IMG/VR virus record: IMGVR_UViG_3300025881_000012
Length of the DNA stretch: 64,000 nucleotides
Strand: one strand, 5' to 3'
From: an uncultured virus (IMG/VR IMGVR_UViG_3300025881_000012)
Taxonomy: Duplodnaviria > Heunggongvirae > Uroviricota > Caudoviricetes
Shown here: one piece after another, positions 1 through 12,400 of the stretch
Numbering within the stretch: the first letter of the stretch is position 1
Layout of the letters: each line of letters begins with the position of its first letter
Notes under the pieces: generated by a model
Seen by the model: the letters and a program-made list of their open reading frames with translations, nothing else
The model's database searches: none
Told to the model about the DNA's origin: nothing
Made by a program: the position numbers and the translations under genes

Positions 1-470
1 CTAAGTGCGTTAGAAGGAGTCCAATCAAACGACCATTCGAACTGTTCTGGAGTAATTGCCACGAGAGGGAATGGATATTCAATCAAGTGGTTGGTAAATT
101 GTACTGTTGCACCCGAAAGAGCCACAGATGGTGTTTCACTTAAAGTAAAAGTTGTCGCACTGTCTACTGAAACTACGGTTGCAGCCGCAGTAATAGTTCC
201 TGTACCTGCTGTCACTGCGACTGCCATTCCTGGCAATACGTTAGTGACATTGGCGACTGTGACTGTAGTACCACTACTAGAACCACTGCCGATGGTGAAA
301 GTCTGGATACGCCATGCTTTCTTTAAGTATGAGTATAATGCTTGAAGCGTGACACCATCAGCCGAAAGATTTCCCGCCAAATTAAGCGTGATATCTCTAT
401 TTTCGGCATCGATGTTCACTTCAGTTTCAGTTGTAGCATTAATTAATGCCGCTGAAGTAATTGTGGTCAT
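1..470 (-). CDS. Partial (runs off window start) putative virion structural protein, MTTITSAALINATTETEVNIDAENRDITLNLAGNLSADGVTLQALYSYLKKAW...
   Basis: Read manually (not in ORF track): ATG at 470, AGAGGA Shine-Dalgarno upstream, TATAAATA at 528-535, open frame to base 1, Thr/Ala/Val-rich. Confidence 0.8.
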   Translation of the reverse strand, partial: MTTITSAALINATTETEVNIDAENRDITLNLAGNLSADGVTLQALYSYLKKAWRIQTFTIGSGSSSGTTVTVANVTNVLPGMAVAVTAGTGTITAAATVVSVDSATTFTLSETPSVALSGATVQFTNHLIEYPFPLVAITPEQFEWSFDWTPSNAL

Positions 471-527
471 TTGAAATCCTCTGTGTTAATGTGTAAGTAT
501 ATCACGCTTCACATTATATAATATGTT

Positions 528-535
528 TATTTATA
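528..535 (-). promoter_or_regulatory. T4-type late promoter TATAAATA
   Basis: Exact consensus (tatttata on +) in the intergenic gap upstream of ORF 1-470. Confidence 0.75.
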
Positions 536-539
536 AGAA

Positions 540-1626
<1,087 letters not shown>

Positions 1627-1643
<17 letters not shown>

Positions 1644-3351
1644 TTAATCGCGCCATATACCTAGTCAATTCTTCAGTCAATTCATCCTCATGTGTAGGTA
1701 TATATTCTTCTTTCTTCTCTTTATCTGCTTTCGCTTTCTCTGCTTCTTTCTGGCGTTCCATTTCAGACTTAGGCTCAACAACAGTCACGGGTGTAGGAGC
1801 AGGCGGTTGATTCGCCATGGCGATCTTTTCTTTCTCTTTCTCTTCTTCTTCCTCAGGATCAGGTATGTCACCTTCTGCCATTTCTTTGTCAATTTGCTTT
1901 TTCATTTGTGCAATTTCTTCGTCATCAAGCATCATGACGTTCTTTTGAACCCACTCTTTGCTGTAGTATTCACCTACGTACTGAGTAATTTCGTTCATAA
2001 GACCAATCCGATTTTGGAGAATCTCTGCGTCCTTGAGTTCAGCAAAGTGGTTGTCTTTGATATAATCAATGTAGATATCGTCTTTCCACTCTTCCCAATC
2101 TTGTGCAGTAATGATGCCTTTGAGAATCAATTGCTTCTTGAGAATACCCAAAAACATGGTACCAAATCGTCGTCTAATGCGGTCAATAAACTTCTGAAAC
2201 TTCACTTCATCACGAGTGATTTCAGACGACCGACCTAAACTAAATTGATTTTCTTGCTCTAACCTATTGACAGGCACGTTCAAACTACGATATAATCTCT
2301 TCTGGAAGTATATGATATCGTCAATCTGACCTAAGTTATCACCACCAGGCAGAGTCTCTACGGATGTGCCACGTCCATTTTCACGCCGTGGTAACCAGAA
2401 ATCTTCAAGCATAGACATATGCTTTCGGTCGTCTTTGATTTGACCAGTGCTTGCATCATAAACCAACTTGTTCCGATATTTGGTCATAATATCTTTCATG
2501 TATTGATCTGCTTTACCTCGTGGCAAATTACCGATGTCTACGTAAAAAATACGTCTTTCAGGTGCACGAGCCAAACGATAGATGACCAACGAGTCTTCCA
2601 TCATCCGCAGTTGGTTGATAGGCTTTAGTGCTTTGTGAAGATGAGATATAACCTTTTTCTTTGACTCATCAAGCAAGCCCGATGTGATATATGAAATGGC
2701 GTCAGTTGAGATCTTGACACCTTGAACTGTATTAGAACCAGGCTTCTCTTCGTAAACATAATACTCATCAATTTTGTCTACAATTTTAACACCTGTTTGA
2801 GGATCTTTCTTATACTTTATTTCTTTTACTTTTCTTATTTTTGCTGAATCAATGTGACGGATCTCTTGGATACCTGCCTTTACATTACTTTCATTGACTA
2901 GCAAGTGATGAACCGTACGTCCATCAATGTACCATGATCTGAAAATGTCGTGTCCAATATCATTAAACTTGAGAAGCCCCACAACATTCTCAAACTCTTC
3001 TAGAATCTGATCCTTGATTTTCTTGGGCGCTTCAATCTCATCTACCTTCAAGTCAACCGACGACTCTAGTTCTGAAGATACAATTGCTTCGTTGACTATT
3101 TCATCAATCGCCATATCCACTTCGGGATTCATAGCAACACCACGATAGCGCATTATAAGTTGCGCGTTATCTTTTGATTGATCACCATCAAAATTAATAT
3201 ATTGTCCGTAAGCGCCGGCACCAGTGCTGATATAGCCAGCGGCGTCTTCGTCAGTGGGAGGTACTACTGAAGGAAGTAATTTCTTCTTAGTAGATGTTCT
3301 CTTCAATTCAAAACCAAAAAGTTTTAACAATGCGTTATCGTTGTCTGCCAT
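1627..3351 (-). CDS. gp20: Portal vertex protein
   Basis: Motifs [47 protein letters not shown]; follows gp19. Start moved to MADNDN (3351) after GGAAAAGG. Confidence 0.97.
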
Positions 3352-3364
3352 ACCTTTTCCTATC

Positions 3365-3400
3365 AAAAATAATAACAAGGGTGCCCGAGAGCACCCTGTT
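3365..3400 (-). terminator. Probable intrinsic terminator after gp19
   Basis: Minus strand AGGGTGC-tctcgg-GCACCCT hairpin followed by TGTTATTATTTTT, between gp19 and gp20. Confidence 0.7.
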
Positions 3401-3413
3401 ATTTAGCCTACTA

Positions 3414-3941
3414 TTAACTAGTAGTATTTGACTCCCAATATTGGAAATCAAACGTTGTGGTAAATGTCTCTACTTCACCACCGTTATCATAGGTCAATTC
3501 AATCGGTCCAACTGCCGTTGGAAAAGCACCGCGAATATTGTACCGTTTGATAACAGACTCATCTCTATCTAACTGATCAATAATGAGATCGGTTTGATAG
3601 TCTGTTGGATTGGTCAAGCCAGTGTTTGCACTGTGACCGTTCATACCGTTCATCCAACGCTCCATAGCATCACGAACCTCAAAGCCAGTATCGTTTAAGA
3701 TAGTAACTTCCCAAGGCTCAAACGTTCTGTCGCCAGCCACTTTCAGAATTCTGCCTCTGAAAGGTACGTTTAATGCAGGAATGGTAGAACCTGGTAACTG
3801 CCCAGCCCGACACATGAAGGATGTTAGTTCAACATCACCCCCTGCGTATGCGGGAAAGTTAATGGTCGCTTTGAATAAATTCGGTCGCGCACCACCACCT
3901 CGCAGTTTTGATTTAAAGTCATCGACTCCTAAAATTGCCAT
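3414..3941 (-). CDS. gp19: Tail tube protein
   Basis: GGARPNLF, VPFRGRILKVAGDRTFEPWEVTILND motifs; follows gp18. Confidence 0.96.
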   Translation of the reverse strand: MAILGVDDFKSKLRGGGARPNLFKATINFPAYAGGDVELTSFMCRAGQLPGSTIPALNVPFRGRILKVAGDRTFEPWEVTILNDTGFEVRDAMERWMNGMNGHSANTGLTNPTDYQTDLIIDQLDRDESVIKRYNIRGAFPTAVGPIELTYDNGGEVETFTTTFDFQYWESNTTS

Positions 3942-3963
3942 TGTTTATTTCTCCTTAGTGCGC

Positions 3964-5796
3964 TTATGCCAATCCAACGACTTCTTCAAAGTCAACCCCA
4001 GTTCTCACTGCTACGAAACTTAGAGTAACGTAGTTGATAGAACGTGCAGGTTTGACATAGATGTCAGCCACGAATTGGTTGGTGTCAATCACTTGAGCAG
4101 TGTTGTTTGTTTCGTCACAAACGACTCTGAAGTCAGTGATTCCGCGTCTCCCCTTAATCTCTCTCAAGAAAGGTTCAACGATGTTAACGAATTCGGCTCT
4201 TGTGAATTCATCATTGAATTCAAACATTACGTTTTGAGCCGCTGATTTGATTGCTCGTTCCATGACTAAGAATAGTCGGCGAACGTTAATGCGATCAAAT
4301 GCTGAAGGACGTGCTAGTTTAGTCTTATCTCCGAAGAGCAACACACCTTGACCAGGGAAGTTAACGATGGGGTTAACACCTGCTTTGTACAACGTGTCTC
4401 GTTGGGACTTAGTTGGACTAAAGCCGAGTGCACTTACACCAAAGTATTGACCACGCCTGTTACCTGCTGGTGAGAACCAAGGGGCTTGAACATTGTCTGT
4501 CGCTGCCATGATTCCTGCAGTAGATGCTGCCGCTGGTATGAAAGTATACTTATCGTTGTACTTGTCATACACTTTGAGGAAGTTACCATCCATAATCAAG
4601 TATGAAGATGATGCCAAACTCTTAGCGAAAGTTTCTATAGAAGTGGTAATCGTAGAAGCACTTTGCTGACCTACAACTGCCGCTCGGTTCGGTGATGATA
4701 CAACAACACAATCTTTTCGGTCGCTTCGTGCAACTACTTCCATTGCTTCAACCAAAGTCTTTTGATCTGATGATGTTGCCAAACTAGGTGCAATCAAAAA
4801 GTCAAGTTGTAAGACATCTGGATCATTGTACACAGTTTCAAACGCATCTTTATATGTGGTTATTCCATGACCTTGTTTGGTCTGAGCGCCTCCATTGAAA
4901 GATCGTGTTTGCGTATTCTGACCACCGGGTGATGCTAATGGTCCACCGACGTTGGCAGCAATCGTGGCTTTAGTCCAATCGGCAGCCGCAGTTGTGGTGC
5001 TGTTCAGTTCACCTTGACGTGCCATCCAGATATACTGAGATTGCTCGTTAATAACATCAACAATGTGATTGTTACTACCGTCGGTAGTCTTCGCGTCTGT
5101 GGCGTAAGAAACGTGAGGGAAAGTCTCTAGTACAGTACCAGGAGTACCCGTGAAAGCACCGTCTTCGTCAACGACGACAACGTGTGCTTCGTCGTGTGCC
5201 TTCGCACCGTCGATGCTTCGTGCCGCAACAAAAGATGATGTTCCGGGTGCTTCATCAAACTGGCTTACATATGTCCAGTTAGTGAATGCACTGTCAGCCA
5301 CCGCCGCTTTACCGCCATCGCCCGCAAGACCTGACCATGGGCAGATAGAAACTGATAATGAGTTTCCTGCTTCGCCAGGATATTTTGCGATGAAACGCTT
5401 TTCGGCAGGAGTGCCTGTTGCACCAAGAATGTAACCGCTCTTGTCTGCTTCCCAATCTGCCGCGTTACTGACAAGAGTGCCAGTGACACCTGAGGCAGAG
5501 TCCACAGCATTTAAGTCAGCCGTGTCAAGTGCCCGTGAAACATACAGAGATCCAGAGTATTTTAAGAAACTAGCGGCAGACAGAAAATCTATATTATTAC
5601 TGTCTACAACTAACGTGGGGGAACCAAAGTTTGCAATCAATTCTGCTTCGTTACCAACAAGAATTGGTTGATCGCCAGGTCCCCAGTTGAGGTCTGCAAC
5701 CATCGCACCAGTAGAGGAAGTCACCGCAGGAACAATACCTGATAGATCTACTTCTCTGATTGTGACAGCGGGAGACTCAGATGGTGAAAATGCCAT
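3964..5796 (-). CDS. gp18: Tail sheath protein
   Basis: SPAVTIREVDLS start, AKYPGEAGN, PWFSPAGNRRG, FDRINVRRLF, FEFNDEFTR, KPARSINY. Confidence 0.97.
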   Translation of the reverse strand: MAFSPSESPAVTIREVDLSGIVPAVTSSTGAMVADLNWGPGDQPILVGNEAELIANFGSPTLVVDSNNIDFLSAASFLKYSGSLYVSRALDTADLNAVDSASGVTGTLVSNAADWEADKSGYILGATGTPAEKRFIAKYPGEAGNSLSVSICPWSGLAGDGGKAAVADSAFTNWTYVSQFDEAPGTSSFVAARSIDGAKAHDEAHVVVVDEDGAFTGTPGTVLETFPHVSYATDAKTTDGSNNHIVDVINEQSQYIWMARQGELNSTTTAAADWTKATIAANVGGPLASPGGQNTQTRSFNGGAQTKQGHGITTYKDAFETVYNDPDVLQLDFLIAPSLATSSDQKTLVEAMEVVARSDRKDCVVVSSPNRAAVVGQQSASTITTSIETFAKSLASSSYLIMDGNFLKVYDKYNDKYTFIPAAASTAGIMAATDNVQAPWFSPAGNRRGQYFGVSALGFSPTKSQRDTLYKAGVNPIVNFPGQGVLLFGDKTKLARPSAFDRINVRRLFLVMERAIKSAAQNVMFEFNDEFTRAEFVNIVEPFLREIKGRRGITDFRVVCDETNNTAQVIDTNQFVADIYVKPARSINYVTLSFVAVRTGVDFEEVVGLA

Positions 5797-5859
5797 AGTC
5801 GTGTCCTTTTTTCGTTAACATGAATAAGATATCATAATACGGAGATTTCTCAATGTATT

Positions 5860-5867
5860 TATTTATA
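5860..5867 (-). promoter_or_regulatory. T4-type late promoter TATAAATA for gp18-gp19
   Basis: Exact consensus about 65 nt upstream of the gp18 start. Confidence 0.8.
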
Positions 5868-5869
5868 TA

Positions 5870-6421
5870 CTATGAATTCTTAACATACCAACTGACCAGC
5901 ACTATCCGATGTCCCTGTCGGACTTGACTAACCCCATGGAGTACATCATGATTATAGACCAGACTGCTACCATTTTGAGAGGGCGCCACAACAGGAACGA
6001 TATCTTTTTTGTGATTGAGAGGACCTTTTCTTACTCCTTCCTGTGGCAAGTCGTAGTGTTTATCCATAACCAACGTGTCACCACCAACCAAGTCTTCAGA
6101 TGATTCTAGAAACGTAATGATTGTTTTTTCAACCAACTCATTATTGTCTTCATGGAGTCGCGTAAATGAATACGGAATATACTTAAGAAAATAATGTGAG
6201 TAATTTTTTAACCCTCGTGTTGCGGCATAATTATCTAAATGCTTAATAGCAGGACAATCTTTTACGTCTTCACTTCTTGGATTGTATCGGTGTAGATTGA
6301 AAAGGTTATAGAATTGATCTATGTACTCGTGTCTGGATTTATTATATAACTCCCAGAGACTCTGCATTTCTGCGTCAGATAAGATCGTATCAATCTTAAA
6401 ATTATGCCATTGATTTACCAC
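5870..6421 (-). CDS. 2OG-Fe(II) oxygenase superfamily protein
   Basis: HxD (LHED), GGDTL, distal His and Arg (LHGVSQVRQGHRIVLVSW). Confidence 0.8.
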   Translation of the reverse strand: MVNQWHNFKIDTILSDAEMQSLWELYNKSRHEYIDQFYNLFNLHRYNPRSEDVKDCPAIKHLDNYAATRGLKNYSHYFLKYIPYSFTRLHEDNNELVEKTIITFLESSEDLVGGDTLVMDKHYDLPQEGVRKGPLNHKKDIVPVVAPSQNGSSLVYNHDVLHGVSQVRQGHRIVLVSWYVKNS

Positions 6422-8049
6422 GGATTTTGTAGATCATGATCCCAAGGTATTGACCAGTTTTTGTCTTTCATACTTTCAATATCTTCTAGCGAATCAATAT
6501 ACTCATCATTGTTATCATGATAACCAAACGGCACCAAATCTGCCTCAATAGAATCCATTCTACTTTGAAATAACATTTGTTTCATATCAATATCGGTGAG
6601 ATCGTTGAATCTACTGTCGGTGGTAAAATATCCAAACATCACCAAATTCATCATGAGATCATCGTGGTTGCCATCGCTTGCTTCATATGATTGCCCTCTG
6701 GCACAAAACGTAGATATTTCTAATATAGTATTCTCATCAACAATTTCTAATTTGTTTTCTTCTAATAGATCTTTGATACCCGAACAACCAAGCCGCTTAG
6801 TCTTCCGATTGATTTCAATGCCCATTTTATTTTTTGATACTGATTCAACATGCATGTTCTCATATTCTAAATCTAGATATAAGCCATTACATACTAAAGT
6901 ACCTTGATCATTTGATTCAACAACAACATATGCTTCATTGTAGACTTTCGCATACTTATAGATAATATTAGGAAAGAGCAAGGGCGAGATAGTGTTACAG
7001 CGATACACAGCCACCTGTTTAAAAGGTCTCGTGCTAATGTCGATGATATTGAATGTAGAATAGTCCTGTCCTCTTCCCTTGCTTACATCAACACACATGA
7101 TGTAATCATGATCTGGTTGCGTTTCTTGATAAACAAGAAGATCGCCACCTTCCATATGTGTGATAGGATCTGTGGCACGTAATTTCATCAAGGTGTCGGC
7201 GCTTATTAATGTGTCGCCCGTACCGAAGAATGTGTTACCGAATTCCTGGTCAAATTGAAGAATGCTAGTGTTTGCTATGGTCTCCGCTTTCCATTGCTCA
7301 TCACGTCCTGGCACGTCAAACCAATCCACACGAAAAGGTATAAACTGATTTATCCCTTGGTTGGCGCCTTCCCATATTTTATGGAATATATTTCCGATAC
7401 CATTTGCTGTAGATGTGATAATAACCTTTGTATCTTTTCCGGCAGAGACAACAGGATAGGTGGAAGTGTAGAATTCTGATGCTCGCTCAACAAAAGCAAA
7501 CTCATCGAGATAGAGGAGATTAACAGACATACCCCGAATAGAACTGCCGCTAGTACTAGCAGCCACAATCCTACTGTTATTAGAAAAATCGATACTACCC
7601 TTATTAAGAGTCTTGCAGCCAGGTTGTAAAAAGAACGGCAAGTTCTCAAGCATAAGTGTAATACGTCCGAGCATTTCTCGCGAAGTGGAACCTTTGTTAG
7701 CCAGAACAGCAATGGTTTTTTCGGGATTGAAAATCGCATACCAGAGAAGATAGGCGACAGACGAAATTGATTTGCCAGATTGTCTGCAAGCAAGTACAAT
7801 GTTAAAACGATTGCTGTTAAAATGATGGAACATACGTTCTTGATAGGGATAAAGATTAAAAGGAACAAGACCCCTATCCAGTGAAATAATCTTGACATAT
7901 TTTTCTGCAAAATATGAGGGATTTTCCATACACTTTTTATATTCAAGAACTTCCTCCTGTGTCCACTCTTGGACTACACCATCTTTCTTGACTAAGTGAT
8001 TATATTGATACGTGTCATTGGACATTGGTAGAATCAGACTCAACTTCAA
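6415..8049 (-). CDS. gp17: Terminase large subunit
   Basis: Walker A RQSGKS, Walker B LLYLDEFAF, nuclease motifs DVSKGRGQDYS and HDDLMM. Alternative start ATG at 8025. Confidence 0.97.
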   Translation of the reverse strand: MKLSLILPMSNDTYQYNHLVKKDGVVQEWTQEEVLEYKKCMENPSYFAEKYVKIISLDRGLVPFNLYPYQERMFHHFNSNRFNIVLACRQSGKSISSVAYLLWYAIFNPEKTIAVLANKGSTSREMLGRITLMLENLPFFLQPGCKTLNKGSIDFSNNSRIVAASTSGSSIRGMSVNLLYLDEFAFVERASEFYTSTYPVVSAGKDTKVIITSTANGIGNIFHKIWEGANQGINQFIPFRVDWFDVPGRDEQWKAETIANTSILQFDQEFGNTFFGTGDTLISADTLMKLRATDPITHMEGGDLLVYQETQPDHDYIMCVDVSKGRGQDYSTFNIIDISTRPFKQVAVYRCNTISPLLFPNIIYKYAKVYNEAYVVVESNDQGTLVCNGLYLDLEYENMHVESVSKNKMGIEINRKTKRLGCSGIKDLLEENKLEIVDENTILEISTFCARGQSYEASDGNHDDLMMNLVMFGYFTTDSRFNDLTDIDMKQMLFQSRMDSIEADLVPFGYHDNNDEYIDSLEDIESMKDKNWSIPWDHDLQNPW

Positions 8050-8374
8050 TCACCTTTTCTTCATTCTGTAATAATCTTTGTAGATCAGTTGTGCTTCCTA
8101 GAAACACATTGTTGTTAGTAATATTCTTTTGCTCTTTCAAAGGCACGTGGGTAATATCTTTGTGCTTTTTGTTTAGATCCATTAATTTGTCAGTAACATC
8201 TGCAACATTTTTAATCATGCCAGATAATACTTCAAATGCTCTGGGATGCTCACTTTCACGAGCCACCTCAATCATCAAATCAAGACCGCGTTTACCGCCT
8301 TCTATCAGTTCCAGGTACGTGTCCCGACTCGTTTCGTAGTCGTTCTTGATGTTCGGGTTTTCTTTGTCGGTCAT
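8015..8374 (-). CDS. gp16: Terminase small subunit
   Basis: ESEHPRAFEV and NNVFLGSTTDLQRLL motifs; directly upstream of gp17. Confidence 0.92.
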   Translation of the reverse strand: MTDKENPNIKNDYETSRDTYLELIEGGKRGLDLMIEVARESEHPRAFEVLSGMIKNVADVTDKLMDLNKKHKDITHVPLKEQKNITNNNVFLGSTTDLQRLLQNEEKVIEVESDSTNVQ

Positions 8375-8455
8375 TATGATTCCTTTTATAGATTCTTCGG
8401 TCTTCTGCTATTTGTTGCCAGAATCTATCGTCAATGTCTTTTATGTCTATATTTA

Positions 8456-9424
8456 TCATAATCGCTTCTTAGATATGTAGGCTTTTATTCCAAGCACATT
8501 TAGATCGGAATCTGTTCTGTCATATACAGCAGAAAATAACCACGGTCTTGCGGTTATATCAGACGGCACTGGCCATGTAAATCCATGTTCCGTACAAAAA
8601 TCACGAACAGGTTGCTCAGTGTAAGATATGAAGTAAGCATCCGCTTGAGGTAATTCTCCATTGGCATCCCATGAACGACTTGTGTGCGTTACGTGTGCGC
8701 CTTCTGGTAACTCAGGTGTTATTCCACCAAACTCTAATTTTGCGGCTTTAAGTATCTTTGTACCATTATCTAGATTAAATTTAAGACCGTAATGATTTGA
8801 AATACCTGTTAAAGATGAATTCGTCATATCCAACACTTGAGATGCAGAGTCAGGAAAATAAGAGGCGGTAACACTATCTAATTCAGCAAAATTGTACCAA
8901 CTAACGTGTCTTCCCGTGTACGGTTGACGATATCCTTGAGCAACGCCTATAAAATTACTTTCTCGGGTAAGAAAAAAATCGCTGTCATATTCAGAAAACA
9001 TACTCACAATTTCATCAATGTAAGGCTTTGCGGCTGAATCACGAGGACCAATATCTACTCGTTGAAGTTGACCCTCATAGTACATATTATCACGTACAGT
9101 TTTTAAAAGAATAATCTGGGGTGTGATGTATCTTTCGTTGTCAGGAACGTCATAATGGTTGGTTGATATCCAATGAGCAAAATTATTATAGTTTATGGTT
9201 TCAAGTGCATTCGCTAATGTTTCTGCGGAGTCTATATTACCTAGATCATTGAGGGCAGGTGCCGCAAACATGTTTGCACCTTGATATTCATAATGATAGG
9301 CATACTCGGTGTCGCCAGTCCACGGTACAGTCTGTTCTTTCCAGCCATTAAATTTAGTTATGGCTTTAAGTTGATTGTCGCTGTCCCAGATAACCTGATC
9401 CCACAAAATAGCATTAATAGACAT
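8456..9424 (-). CDS. Hypothetical protein (322 aa)
   Basis: Long ORF coupled (TAATG) to the upstream gp7-like gene; no family recognised. Confidence 0.8.
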   Translation of the reverse strand: MSINAILWDQVIWDSDNQLKAITKFNGWKEQTVPWTGDTEYAYHYEYQGANMFAAPALNDLGNIDSAETLANALETINYNNFAHWISTNHYDVPDNERYITPQIILLKTVRDNMYYEGQLQRVDIGPRDSAAKPYIDEIVSMFSEYDSDFFLTRESNFIGVAQGYRQPYTGRHVSWYNFAELDSVTASYFPDSASQVLDMTNSSLTGISNHYGLKFNLDNGTKILKAAKLEFGGITPELPEGAHVTHTSRSWDANGELPQADAYFISYTEQPVRDFCTEHGFTWPVPSDITARPWLFSAVYDRTDSDLNVLGIKAYISKKRL

Positions 9425-12400
9425 TAGTTCCCACCATTGTTATCCAGGGTCGCGATCACGATTAAATCCCAGTTAATAACAATGTTGTTGCCTGGTGCCG
9501 CCGCTTCATAGATTTGAAAATCAATTTCTAACTCTCTGCTGACACTACCATAATTACCTAGTTTAAAAGACAAGAAAAAATCCGCATAAGGAGATGATTG
9601 TGTCCCATTACCAATGTCCAGTGGAGTATCAAAAGATCCACCTACAGTAGCGCCCGTGATATTCTCGGTACCTTTTGTCGCAATAAGTTTGTAACCTGTA
9701 TAGGGCGCAGTGCCTCCTGATATCCAAGTGCCTACCTTAACATACAAAGCCGAGTCCGGTGTCCGCCCACTATTGAAAGAATCTCTGCCGCGAGCGTATA
9801 TACCACCATCATTATCAAATCTAACATTAGCAGTGGCAGTAACGGGAGAAAAAGTATCATATACTTGTTCATACGCCTCATTAGTGTAACTTAATAACGC
9901 AGTATATCCTAATATGCCATTACCTGCGACATTCTGAATGGTGATCGTCTCAGACGCCAACACAGTTGAGTTTACATTCTCTTCAACATCATGCAGTTCG
10001 TAAACAAACGCTTTGTTTTCCTGAACGGCGCTCGTAGTAATATCTACATCAAAGGTTCCTGTGCCACCTGAAATAACCACCGTACCTGTAGGTTTATTTG
10101 CACCATCAAAGTAGGCATAATTTGAAGCACTAGCAAACACAGGAAGCATGCCGAGTACAGTAAGAGACGATGTTGCCGACATGGTCAGCGAGTTCGAATT
10201 AATATTATTGATGGTTCCATTGACCCCAGTAGTTCTTTGTGTGTCTCCTGCGAGCAAGGTAGAATATGAAGAAGTGGCAGATTGTGTGGACAAAATCGTA
10301 CTGCCTGATACACTGTCAACTATTACAGGTTCAAAACCCTGAGGTCTGTAATAGTAAGTGCCATCGGGTCCAGTCACAGTAAAAGTTACAGTGGTGGCTT
10401 CATCTGGTGTAGTATCACTCGCAGTCAACGTAAAGTTTTGAGGATCAGTCAGTGTAGTGATTGGATCAAGCGCAACAGTTGGACCTGCCAAACTAGTTCT
10501 TCTAACCGTAGTAAGAAAACTTCTATTAGATTCTTCTGTAAGATTGTCGCCAAGTGTTACATATGTTACCTCTACAGATTCACCGGAATCTGGTCCTATG
10601 ATCTCTTTATCTGCACCTCCTACATATTGTGTACCAATAGAACTCGGCGTAAGACGTATAAACAATGGTTCGGGTGCACCAACATCGGTTGCTGTAATTG
10701 TAAGTACCAAATTTTCATCTTCTGTAACCGTTGCGGGCATAGTTAGTGAGTATGTTTGCTGACTAGTATCTTGAACTACAACACCCGCGCTTTCACCAAT
10801 AATTGCAAACACACCTGATCCTGGTGCTGTCTCTTCTCCTACCACAACAGTAAAGGTTTCTGAGCCTTCTGTTTTAAAATCATTTGCAATAGCAAGAGAT
10901 ACTTGTCCGGCACTGCTAGTGATTGTCAAGTCTACGGGTGCCGAAACGTTTGAGTATCCCGAGTCAAAGTCTGAAGACGTGACATTAGTGCCAGCAATCC
11001 AATACTTGTAAACACCACCACTTCCTGTGTCTTGATAAGTTCCACCTAGTGTTACATCCACAGTGATCGTATCGCCTTCTTCAGGAGCCAAATCACTTGG
11101 AGTTATGGTAACCGAGTTAGATGTGCCCGCGATAATTCTATTACCTTCTGCTAATTCAGTGCCGCCTGTGGCTTGATCATATACAAATATCTGATAGAAG
11201 TTATCCGCAGTATCACCGTCGGCAGTATAAGCAGTTGGATTCGTAACAGTTCCAGTACCACCTGATACTGTGACTGCAAGTCTGCTGCCATTTCTGGGTG
11301 GAGTACCTACCCAGTCAGCATCGTCAGTGTCAATATCATTGATATAAAAGTAAACTGTCCCGTCAGGAATATTTTGACCACCCACTGTGTAAGTAACAGC
11401 ACCACCGTCTTGACCTACGGCAGGACTGCCGGTGATCGTGTAGGCGGGTGGTCCATCGTTAACAGTGAATGACTCGTTGTCTGAAATTTGAAAACCAGCG
11501 TCTAAATTATTATCTGTTGCAGTAAACGTACCCGCAGTAGGGCTTTCGTAAGTGTCCGTTGCGCTAACAGGAATAGAAGTAACCGCAGTTGATCCACCTA
11601 GACCGTCATCTATCATGGTGACTGAGCCTGTAAGATCAGCGGTTGCGATACGACCGTCAGATACCACGGCACCTGTAATCGCATAATCAATATCTTTGCC
11701 TACATTATAACCGCCTGAGGTGATTGTAATCTCTAAGTTGTTACCCTCAATAACTGTCACACCTGGTGCTACGGTAAGTGTGGGTACTACCTGTGTAAGA
11801 TACTGAACACGAGAAACTTTTTCAATGTTGTTCTCATTCAGAAGTTTGATAACATAGTTGCTGTTTGACTGAGGATCACCATCTACTCGGCTTTTTATCT
11901 GAAACGAACCTGTACTGCCTGTTATCGTAACATCTTGTGCTGTGCCAGGTGATGTTGGTATTGTCGTTTCAAAGTTGGTTTGATCGGTTGTACTAACTCC
12001 AAAATCAACATACCATTTAAGAACAGCACTGCCAGCATTGGGCACATTTGTTCCGTTAATGGTAAATGTTACATTGTCACCTTCATCTGAGGTATCGCCG
12101 GCTTCTACGGTTTGATCGGGTGCATCTGTTGATATAGTATATGAAGGAATAAGATCCGTTATCGTAAGAGGGAAGTTATCAATAGCACGACCATCACCGT
12201 CTTCAATGTAGACTGTAAACGTCTCATCACCTTCGGCTATCGCTGTCTCGGCATCAATGACAGAGACCACTGAGAACATACCACTTGACCCATTGATCTC
12301 AAAGTATTGTTTGTTATTCGCATCAGGTAAACCTGTTGTTTGATCATACGAGTTAATGCCGAAGTCAGCATCATTTGTCGTACCGTGTACTCCATACCAA

